Of a stretch of DNA of 64,000 nt, positions 1-10,710 are shown one piece after another. The position numbers were made by a program, and so were the translations under genes. Position 1 is the stretch's first letter. Each line of letters opens with the position of its first letter. The stretch comes from Lytechinus pictus. Taxonomy: Eukaryota. The DNA lies in the NCBI RefSeq assembly GCF_037042905.1, contig NC_087251.1:3660001-3724000 (forward strand), read 5' to 3'. The notes beneath the pieces were generated by a model, which saw only the letters and a list, made by a program, of their open reading frames with translations, had not been told where the DNA came from and ran no database searches.

Positions 1-1495
1 GTCACCTTATAGAAAACTAAAATTATCGATGAACAGTCATAATCATTATAGGCCAAGTACATGATCAAAATATAGTAGGTTACGTATGATAAAAAAATAC
101 ATTTACTATGATAGAGCGTTTATTTATTAAAAAACATGTTACTTTGCCCAGTTAGGGAATTATTCTTTACAACTGAATGTCCAGATGCATTAATCGTCAG
201 ATTGACATCCCTTTGAGTATGTTGAGTAACAGTAGGGCTATGTCCACTCCCTGTAGTATAATTAAGAAAATTAATAGAATATGATGGCAACATCATATTT
301 TCCTACATCGCATTCTTGAATTCTTTTACAACTTATAATCAATTATATTCAATCATGCATTAATATTTCAAACACTCATAATTTTTTGGTATTATTATAT
401 GGAATATAATATATATAATATTTCTAATTTTTCAGTTTTGACAAGAAAGAAGCTCTTTGGGTCCCAATTAATAGCAACTCTACATGATCAGGGAGGAATG
501 AAACTTTGCTTAAAAGTAAAATGAAGATGAGAATAAAAGTTTCATAAACTTAATACAATAAAACACAATTTAACAGTGAGCGGGTGACATCATCGTTTCC
601 CCCATTTCCATACTGGCCATGCAGATTTCATAAGATCATTATCTTTTTGCGTTATATATATTTCTTTTATTTTTATCCATGTAGGCCTATAAAATAAAAT
701 TTTATGGAATGGACTAATTTTTTCAATAGTTTTATGTAAGTGAATGATATAAATCAATAATCATGATCAAACAAAGCCACAGACAAAAAACACAAATATT
801 TCTTTGTTAAATTTTATATAGGTCTACACTGACACGAAAATGAATGTTTTAAACACAATTGATATCCTGTATATAAAATCCAAAATCATGAAAAGGATAC
901 GCATGTCAGTAAATTAATTTTGGGAGCTCAAAGCGCAAGCTGATTTATTGGGAGATAAACAATTATTGTTGTTGTTGTTTGGTTATTTTACAGCGCTCTC
1001 GTTAAAAAGAAGAATACTTTTTTATATAAGCCAATCAAATTTATTTTTTTATCTCACTACAATGTTGTTGCTTTTTCATTAAATAAGGCCTTATGAGAAA
1101 TTTCGCATGTGAACGCCTCATCGCCAATAGGCAAAATCTTGCCTAGCTCTTCATGCACATCGAGTCAGACGTAAGAACTAGCTGGGCATTTTCCACAGTT
1201 TTTTGTGATCTAATTATAAAGTTAATGCGGTCGCGACGTGCGAGCATTTTTTACCTGAAAAGTAACATTTTAAGCATTTTTGGACATTTATAGGAACATT
1301 TTTATTCGGATACGTTTGTCAGTAGATAACCAACCGAAGTACATAATATTTTGGGGCATGGCCTGATTTATCCCCCACCCTTTAATTTTTATTTTATTTT
1401 ATTTATCAATATTTTTAGGGATGGCTTCTCAACACCCCCCCCCCCCCCCCTTCCCCGGTCTTACGCCCATGTATATGTATCTGCACATAACCTAC

Positions 1496-1835
1496 CTTGA
1501 TTAGGCGGCGTATATTCTTCATGTATAGGACAAGATTGCTCTTGGTAAGTGTCTTCGTATTTCTTCATTGTAAAATATAGATGAGTCGAACCCTCCATCT
1601 TCTTAAGGCACTCCATAAATGATCCATAGGCTTTATCCCCTCTCGTCGGTATGATATCCAGAAGGGCTGATACTTTATCTCTTCTGGTTGTTTCAGCTTT
1701 GACTTTTGCAGCATCATGTGAAGTGATTATCATATCTGCTAGAAGGTGTGGCACTATATCATCTGCATCCAAATCGTTCAGAAGATCAGGAGTAACCTGA
1801 AGAAGAATCTCACGATGTTTCGTTGTCATAGACAT
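1496..1835 (-). CDS. First coding exon of a CARD (death-fold) domain protein; gene continues beyond the left edge of the window
   Basis: Acceptor ttttttcag (1840-1841), ATG at 1835, phase-1 donor AG|gtagg at 1495. Peptide MSMTTKHREILLQVTPDLLNDLDADDIVPHLLADMIITSHDAAKVKAETTRRDKVSALLDIIPTRGDKAYGSFMECL has the CARD pattern (L..DL....I...L....IIT......I....T...K...LLD.L..RG..AF..F...L). The downstream domain is not visible. Confidence 0.85.
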
Positions 1836-2530
1836 GTTGCTGAAAAAAATATTTTGGTAGAAATTGATGCCGAAAAACAAATTCAGGTATTGTCATGAAT
1901 AGTGAGTTACGGTTTTAAATAGAAATATCATAGGATGGAAAAATAGAGATTTAAAAAAGAGCAGAGCTCAGAATATAGGACTTCACACAGAGAGTACACA
2001 TGCATGCATATACTATTTGTGAATAATAAAATGTCTCATTCTCCACAATCACTATAAAATCCTTGCAAATTATCTCAATGAGCAAAATGATTAGATCATA
2101 ATTATCAGGTAAGAAAATTCGCAACAAGGTATCCGATTTCACATCAAGCAAGCGATAAATAATGGGCGTACATATACGGAAATGTGCATAATTCTACACG
2201 ACACTAAACTTGCCTCTTCCGACTGTAAAAATCTAACAATATGATACTGGAATTAATACGGCAGTTCAAAGCTCAATGCAGACAATAATGAATACGCACA
2301 CTGATTCGGGGGAATACCCAATATACCACAATCGTAACAAATTAATCGGAATCACATTTGGTAGCGGAGGAATAAACCCAGGGAAAAAAATCCCATGAGA
2401 GGAGTATATAGGCCTATATAGAGAAAGACAAACAGCCCTTGGATGGATATAAATTGATGAAATTCGGGTAAATATATACACATACCCCATATGGTATCTA
2501 ATTATTTGGGACAACATATATATTTATTAA

Positions 2531-3132
2531 AGGTCAAGTCCACCTCAGAAAAATGTTGATTTAAATCAATAGAGAAAAATCAGACAAGCACAATGCTGAA
2601 AATTTCATCAAAATCGGATGTAAAATAAGAAAGTTATGACATTTCAAAGTTTCGCTTATTTTTAACAAAATAATTATATGAACGAGCCAGTTACATCCAA
2701 ATGAGAGAGTCGATGATGTCACTCACTCACTATTTCTTTTGTTTTTTATTGTTTGAATTATACAATATTTCAATTTTTACGAATTTGATGATTAGGACCT
2801 CCTTGCCTGAAGCACAAAATATCAAAATAATGGAATTCCACGTGTTCAGGGAGGAATGAAACTTCATTTCACATGACAATGACGAGAAAATAAAAATATT
2901 TCATATTTCATATAATAAAATACAAAAGAAATAGTGAGTGAGTGATGTCATCAGTTCCTCATTTGCATACCGACCAGGATGTGCATATAACTGTTTTGTG
3001 AAATGAAGCGAAACTTTAAAATGCCATAACTTTCTTATTTTACATCCGATTTTGATGAAATTTTCAGTGTTATGCTTGTTGAATTTTTCTCTTTTTATTC
3101 AAATCAAGTTTTTGTTGGGGTGGACTTGTCCT
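2531..3132. mobile_element. Kolobok/T2-type MITE with long imperfect TIRs
   Basis: TTAA at 2527-2530 and 3133-3136; termini AGGTCAAGTCCACC / GGTGGACTTGTCCT; arms stay complementary for more than 100 bp (aaaatttcatcaaaatcggatgtaaaataagaaagttatg and its reverse complement). Confidence 0.9.
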
Positions 3133-3915
3133 TTAAGTCTTAGTGACATATTTTCCCCTTAATTAAATTGGGGATTTGTGAGGTGTCAAGTTTTTTTTAA
3201 CTAGAACTGCTATATCCTACATTGCAGCCCACCAATGATTCCTTTCTTCCTCTTATTCTAAATTAATACTTTTGGTAAATTATAGATTTATAACCACTTT
3301 ATGATTTGAGGTAACTTTCATAATAGCATTTATGTAAGACAAAATAATGTAGCATGGAAAATGCACTCCAAATCCGCAATGAGGTAGTCATAGCCTATAT
3401 ATAAGCATAAGAAAAAATACACTTCTCACTTTCCATTTGCTTTTTTTTTGTACGAGGTATCATCCGAATCGTTGGTTGATAGTTTTCTTTCTTCACAATT
3501 GAATTCATCAATGGAAAAGTAAAAAGGACATTTATGGTTTGTTATACGTGCATAATGTAACAATGATGTGTATGGTCATGCGTATACGTGACGTGAATAT
3601 AATATATAAGCCAATATGCATATAAGATTATACTTTAGAATAAAATCTCAAATTATTCTTTAATGAGGAGTCATTAAAATGATTCCATTATCATGATTAT
3701 AAGCTTGAAATTTTAAATATATCGCATAATTTATTCCGTTAAGGTAAACATGGTAAAAGAGGAAATTATGTGAAGTAAAATTATGTGAAATAATCAGTTT
3801 GATTTTCACTTGCCCTCTACATATACTTCCAGTATAAACCAACTATAATGTATTCACGTCCCAAATTATGGACCCCCCTCCAGCGTCAGTGTAAGGAAAA
3901 TATGTTAAAAAACAG

Positions 3916-4021
3916 AACCATTCAATAACAATTAAATAACGTTGACATGACTAAAATTAACATTAAATGGGTTGAATTAACCATTCAATAACAATCAAAT
4001 AAATTTAACATGACTATAATT
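3916..4021 (+). repeat. Short direct duplication (~43 bp, period 63)
   Basis: aaccattcaataacaat(t/c)aaataa...acatgacta(a/t)aatt at 3916 and 3979. Confidence 0.7.
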
Positions 4022-5492
4022 TCAGTGTTTGCCTTTCTCCTATATTCACTGTCTTTGATTTCGCCAGTCAATTTTCTGTGGCCCTCCACATAACTAGTTT
4101 TTCCTTTTTTTATCATTTTTTTTTCTAGAAAGGAACAAAAAAAAATTGTCGGGGATTGTTCTCTTTAAGTCCCTTTGTATGCAGGTATAATGGGAAGCTA
4201 TGGGCTACCTATCTTTTCAGCTACTGAATTTCAGGGGTCGTAGAATTATAATGACCAACATCTCTCTTTTCATGCTCTTTTTGTCCTCTCTTAATTGTCT
4301 TTTTCTTCTTTTTTTAATCCCCTTTTCCATCCATCAGTGCCCCTAGCCGCCCGCTTTAGAGCCTGTTTCATCATTTCAATCGACACTTTGTCTAATTATG
4401 AGTTGTGTAATTGAAAATGGTGCTATTTAATTCAATTTGACGAATAACAATTTTCTTATCTTTTGTAGGCCTAGGTTACACCCATGCAGGGTCAGCCAAA
4501 CTGGACAAAATAAAGTAAGACCATAGAGTTCGGTATGAATTTGACCTATAGAATATAGGGGCCGAACAATTTATTTTTATTTTTTAAATCATTTAATACA
4601 GGCATACCTACAATAATTGAAGTAAATTATGTTTTGTTAAAAACATTGATGATATTATACAATCCCTTCATCTATTATGTAAAGTGTAGTATAGGCCCAG
4701 TATAGGCCTGCAAAAAAAATATTTTCCTTTGCCCTATCTTCGAAATAAGGATTTACCGTCTCTAATCGCTGCTGCTGTGCACATGCCTTTATTAATTGGA
4801 GGGAAACTGATGAAAATGGGTGATACTCTTGATGTTAGGCTAGTATTATAGTAGGATATATTAGGCTAGTACTATAGTAATATATATATATTTTTAAACA
4901 CCATACAATCTTTTTTTTTGGTGCAAATGCGACAGAGATCAGAATTGTTTCATTTGGAAGTTTGCAAAAAGTTCGTTATGAAATGATAATGTTGCGACTT
5001 GCCAGCAATGATGTGGGATAATATTTCGTAGGAATGAACTCCATATACTACTAATACAGTGTATGTATATTGTCAGTGTTGATTCTGCATGTCCAGCAAC
5101 AATAAGGGAAATGAATGACAACTTCACTCACAAGAAGAATCTAAAGTATTTGCACTGGCCTTTTGATCTGACCGTACGCGCGCGGGTAATATTGTTTGCT
5201 GCCATCTTTAGATACAACTGTGCTCATGCTAGCTGTGCAAGATTCAAATTCTCGACGGCTTTGGACTTGGTAATTCATTTTATGAAACAATATGATTTCT
5301 TGTTAAACCATTTTGATATTACTATTCTAACATTTCTTTGATATCTTGCTTTTTGTTTGATCAGTGTGTACACGATGATAAGTTCAATTCCCTGTTTTAC
5401 TCGCACCTTTATCCGCTGTCGCTGGCTCTGCTGCTCTGGACTGCACGCAGTCTGCGATCTCCGCCGCAGCGCGGGGGAAGGAGTAGCCAGGC

Positions 5493-7443
5493 CAGGGGCC
5501 CGTTTCTCAACACATGGACAAGTTAGTCATATCTTTATCTAGACAGGAATAACCGTCGTTTCTGGGGATTTATTCAACAATTTCTGACATTTTACTGTAA
5601 TCCCCATTTACCGACGGTAGGGTGTACGTGTGGGCTCGCATGTGTTCTCATTCCCTCCCTTTTGTCAATTCACAGTCCAAAGTTTGACTTTGATGTAATT
5701 TTAGTTTTTACACATCGAATTTACAATCTATTCTAAGGATTTATAAACAACAAACTTTTGAACCTTGATATTTTAATGTTTAAATACTTTAAACGATATA
5801 GATGAAAAAGGCATGAAAAATATACTTTACCGATGTTTAATTGGGTTGAACACGATAAAAATGGTCAAAATGGCAGCCAAACTATAAAATATTTACAAAC
5901 GAACGTCAACAATCACGAATGTGATATCGATATTGCTTTCGATATTATACGATCTGCTCCATATGCGAACGAAACCGAAGATAAACGATACTAGTTATAC
6001 TCGTACTAGTACTAGTTATAATCGCGATATATCGATTCGAGACATTAAGTTAATAACGATAATGACGTCATTCAAGATGGCAACTTGCAAGAAAAACCGT
6101 CAGGTCAGGTGAAAATGTCTTGGATGACAGATTTCTCAATCATCCAGAGGATTTTTTTCAATAACTCCGGCCCAAGGTATGCAATTACTTAAGTTATTTA
6201 TATTTCCCTGATAATGGAAACCATGAAACTTTCAATTTTGCTTAAAAAACAGTTTTAAATCGCGATCTATAAAACGCTAGTTCACTATACGTTGGCTGTA
6301 GGTACGGGGCCCCATCCCCTTCACTCAGTCTATGTATGGTGAGTGGAGCCAACGTAGTTCAGCGGAACAACCAAAAATACAGAGACTGAAGCTTTTGGTC
6401 TAATCTTTATCCACCAACCACGGAGTTAGTTCCAATCTTACTAAACCTGTTTCTCGAAAGGCTTCCTAACTAGAATACCTTGATATCGATACTATCGGTA
6501 AAAAGAGCAGACGAGACGTAGCCTTGCCCTTAGGCTTAGTCACAAAATATTAGCATAATTTTCAAATCAAAAAGAAGGATTATGACATAGGCCTAGGCCC
6601 TACTATAATTGCAAATATTATGAAGAATTAGGAAATAAATCTTTTCAAAATAATAGCACAGGTGAATTATGCATCATACATACTTAGACCATGAAGACTG
6701 GAGCATTCAATTGCAGAGAAAATTAGATTATGAATAATTCATTTCATGACTAAAAAATCACTTGTGGAAGTTGAGATGGGTACCCCCGGGAGACCCAATT
6801 TTAATAGTTTACGAAAGTAAACCATAACGGTTTTCTTTGTAAAATGATGATAATTATACGGACTTTTACGATTCCGAACGTCATCAAAATATAGTTTAAC
6901 AAAACATTTTTAATAATTGATACCGAAAGATACGATATTGGACAAATTATATGCATAAATTAGAGATAGAATTCATCCAACTGTTAATACTAGGGGTCTG
7001 AAAACAACAAATACGAGTTCAGTTATGGATGGCCTGACGTGGTAGAATCTTTATCGATTAAATCATTTTACTATTTCAAAAATAATGGTTTTGTGGCGTT
7101 TACCAACAGTTTTTATAGTTTCTTTGTATTACAATTATCATTGAATGCATTAACCCACTTGTTTTGTGATGTAATTTCAACCTCTATGATTGATTACGTA
7201 AGATTATAATTTTAAAATTTCTAGGCACTTTCGCATGTCATAGTCTACCCACGTGATGCCGCTACGTCATTAAGAAAGAAGTTAAGATAAGACAGGTTCG
7301 GAGGTGTCATAAATATTTAGTGAGGTTGTTGTACCCGATCTTGGTAAAGAGGGCTTCGTGAAACGGTTAGCGGACAAGTAGCTCACTATCTCCGATTTAG
7401 TCAAGAAGTTAGACTTATGACAGTGTTGAGAAACGGGCCCCTG
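5493..7443. mobile_element. Non-autonomous TIR DNA transposon, PIF/Harbinger-like
   Basis: Perfect inverted repeat ccaggggcccgtttctcaacac (5492-5513) / gtgttgagaaacgggcccctgg (7423-7444), CCWGG context, no long ORF. Confidence 0.8.
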
Positions 7444-7576
7444 GTGGCTTCTGGGGAGTAAAAATCATCTACTAGTAATATACCTAACGTAGGCTTACTC
7501 CCCATGAAGCCTGGCGCGGCTATCTATACCTGGCTGTAGAGGCCAGGATTTCCAATGGTGAAACTAGACCTAAATC

Positions 7577-9029
7577 TAATGTTGTAAATCGGATCAAAAA
7601 TCAGATCGAAAATCGGATCGGCAGTTAAGCTTCTAAATTCGAAATCGAATCGAAAATCGAATCGGCAATGTTTAAAAACAAAGGAATACATCAAAATTTT
7701 GTTCGCGGTCGCGCGCATCTTCCTGACAAAGTCACAAAGACGAATGCATTGGAATGGAAGTTGCCAACATGCGCGATCGTTTGGAACATGTTTTAAAGGG
7801 GTTTTGAGGTGTTATTGCTTTAAAATAAACCAAGTGATTTTTGTTAGAAAGATAAACGAAAGACGCATCTTCCGAGCAAAGGCGCAAAGGAAAATAAAAT
7901 GAAAATATTTCTCATAGATCACAGGTTAATGAACGATCGGCGGGACATCTTTTATAAGTATTTTTAGGTGCTAGCGATTTAGAATTATTGGAATGATCTC
8001 TTGATTTCATACGACGCATCATCTTAAAGTCGCAAGTGCAATTAAAATGTAGTACAAGACGCAAGCACGCACGATGATTTGAAATGTTATTAAAATGTTT
8101 TGGGTAGCTAGCGTTTTCAAATCAATTTATTACTATCGTGAGAAATGAACTTTTGAATATATAAGAAGAAATATAAAAGAAGCATCTCCCGACGAAGTTG
8201 CAAAGACAAATAAATTGAGGTTGAGAAGATGTATATCACCATAAACGATGTAAGAGAGTAACGCAATGAGCTCTGTCAGTAGCATGATCTTTAAAAGTTC
8301 ACGGCGGGTCCGCTATCACCACGAGGTTGAAGAGAAGATGTCTATCATCATAAAGGGGGTAAGAGAGTAGCGCAATGAGCTCTGTCGGTAATACGACCTT
8401 TCAAAGTTCACGGCGGCATCCGCTATCACCACGAGGTTGAAAATAGAATACGTATATCATCATAAACGATGTAAAAGAGTAACGTAATGAGCTCCGTCGA
8501 TAATACGACTTTTAAAAGTTCACCGCGGGGTATGCTATCACCACGAGGTTGAAGAGAAGATGTCTATCATCATAAACGATGTAAGAGAGTAGCGCAGAGA
8601 TGTCCGTCGATAATACGACCTTTAAAAGTTCACGGCGGGGTCCGCTATCACCACGAGGTTGAAGAGGAGATATCATAAACGATGTGAGAGAGTAGCGCAG
8701 TGATCTCCGTCAGTAATACGACCTTTAAAAATTTCACGGCGGCATCCGCTATCACCATGAGTTGGAAGAGAATCTATCCTCTTTAATAAACATCGTCATA
8801 GATAATACCGCGTCTTTCTCCCTGAATAATGCGACTTCTAAATACCTAGCACCTCAAAAACAATCTTGAAACATGTTCTGAACGATCACGCACTGTAACT
8901 AGATCTACGCCGATTTTTTATTTTCGATTTTTTCCTTCAAGGGGCATGATCGAAGATCGGCAAGTGATCGCCGATTGTGGTGAAATCGAATGGAATCGGT
9001 TGCCGATTGCAAAATCGGTTACAAGCTTA
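7577..9029. mobile_element. Non-autonomous hAT-like element with internal tandem array
   Basis: Exact 8-bp TSD CCTAAATC (7569-7576, 9030-9037); imperfect termini TAATGTTGTAA / TTACAAGCTTA; clustered ATCGG/ATCGA subterminal motifs at both ends. Confidence 0.85.
8217..8770 (+). repeat. Tandem repeat, 5 units of 104-112 bp, inside the hAT-like element
   Basis: gaggttga...aaagttcacggcgg...ccgctatcaccac recurs at 8217, 8323, 8433, 8545, 8655 and partially at 8759. Confidence 0.92.
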
Positions 9030-9142
9030 CCTAAATCACCAATTTTACTTTTTGTTTTGCGCCCAAACTAACGTACATGGGCCAATTCTATGTTTATTCC
9101 CAGTTTTTATTAAGGTTCCTAATTTTCATTAAATAAATAGTA

Positions 9143-9612
9143 TAATGGTGGGCCCCCAAGTCTGCGCACCTAACAATTTGAGTTAAGATTTAACATGAAT
9201 TTCTTCTTATTTCACAAAATCTTTCAGTTAATAATGTTCCATATAATTATTATGAGTAAGTGTACCAAATTTTTCATTGAAAAATGAAAGAAAATATAGG
9301 ATTTTCTTGAAAAAACCTCGGGCAGTCATTTTCAGATTGAAAAAAAAAATGGTACCCCATGTCTGCGCACTCATTCACTTGCACACGATTCAGAGATTTT
9401 GATGAGAAAGGCTGCATTTTGAGGCCGTCACATGAAATGCCCTAAATTCATTATTTTTCCACTAATTTGAGTCAAAAATTGTTATGAATACCTGTCTATG
9501 TATTGCATGTGTAAAGTCTGTGTTCGTTGCGTATCTTCTTTTAATAGAATCGCGCAGATATGCGAGTGCGCAGACAAGGGGGACTGCGCAGACTTGGGGG
9601 AACTTGCCATAG
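9143..9612. mobile_element. MITE (TA-flanked, possibly Tc1/mariner-type); second copy at 48427-48880
   Basis: TIR core cccccaagtctgcgca / tgcgcagacttggggg with TA flanks; the internal sequence recurs in reverse orientation near 48427-48880. Confidence 0.8.
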
Positions 9613-9659
9613 TAAAATTTAAAAAGATTAAGAGCACGAGCGTTCACTTACCCAGTCTG

Positions 9660-9680
9660 TTTACGTCGCCATTTTGAAGT
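9660..9680 (+). promoter_or_regulatory. Candidate HYLS1 transcription-start region (YY1-type CGCCATTTTG motif)
   Basis: ttacgtcgccattttgaag in a short CpG-containing gap between transposons upstream of HYLS1, whose ATG exon has an acceptor and so needs an upstream exon. Motif only. Confidence 0.35.
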
Positions 9681-9715
9681 CTTTTGTTATCGATACCTAG
9701 ATACCACACGCGTGC

Positions 9716-9907
9716 AGAGCTGCAACTTAGAGTTAGATTTTTAAAAATACTTGCATCGGCTGATAAATATCACGATTCGTAAAATATTTGTTTCGGTTGA
9801 TAAATATCATAAAGTAATTTGATATTTATTGACCAAAACAAATATTTTACGAATCGTGATATTTATCGGCCGATGCAAGTATTTTTAAAAATCTAAGTTG
9901 CAGCTCT
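9716..9907. mobile_element. ~190-bp near-perfect foldback (palindromic MITE)
   Basis: agagctgcaactt...gataaatatca (short loop) tgatatttatt...aagttgcagctct; arms about 90 bp with a few mismatches and one small indel. Confidence 0.85.
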
Positions 9908-10710
9908 TATTAAATCATAATTATTTAACATCCAATAATTATATGAATTTAGAGCTCGATCCGAGACATTCGTATTTATTTTGATCGCATGCTCTTGTGT
10001 CTAAAATAAAAAATGGATTATCATTTTCAGGATTAATTCTCGAACATTGTCATAACTCATATTCCACAATCTTTCCTCAATCGTTATATCAGCATTGAAT
10101 ACCAATTCAAATGACCAGAGAATATTACGTATTTATTCCCATCAATTTATTTGGATCTCATTTTGGATCCAACTACCCCGCCAACTACACAATCTCAGGC
10201 AAGTTACAGCGCTCTCTGCTGGTTGCACTTGTTTGCTGGCGCTGTCGTTTCTGGAGAGGGAGTGTACGGGGCTGCGGACGGGGCTGGTGTGTGCAAGTCT
10301 GGACTCCGAATGCTAGTTGACCGAAAATCATTCGGATCGACTCTGCGTGATTCATGTTTTTATATTAATTGTTTCATTTTAAACTTATATGTTGCCATCT
10401 GCAAATATCATTGTTGAAGATATTTTGGGAAGAATTCTGCATTGTTCCCGGCCTTTTTCGTGTTTTGTGATCATGGAAAATACAATCGAACTTTGCTCTG
10501 TCATCTGCTTGTGCAACGCTCTCCCGGCCAGTGCAGCGCAAACGGTACCGTCAGTGCATGGATGCAGTGCGTGCATAGCGCATCGACGCGACGGCCGGAG
10601 CAAAAAAATACTCGATTTTCCCCGCCTTCAAAATTCGATGCATCGATGTTCGATCGAATTAAAGCTGTCGAAAACCGGTTTTCAAAATAATCGATATGAC
10701 TGAGGCTTAA

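Noticed and set aside
6325..6389. Hammerhead ribozyme or C/D snoRNA identity for the shared hairpin
   Set aside because: No CUGAnGA core on either strand and GAAA is present in only one copy; the CUGA is buried in the terminal stem and there is no proper C box.
8217..8770. Repeat-spacer array
   Set aside because: The whole unit is repeated, so there are no variable spacers.
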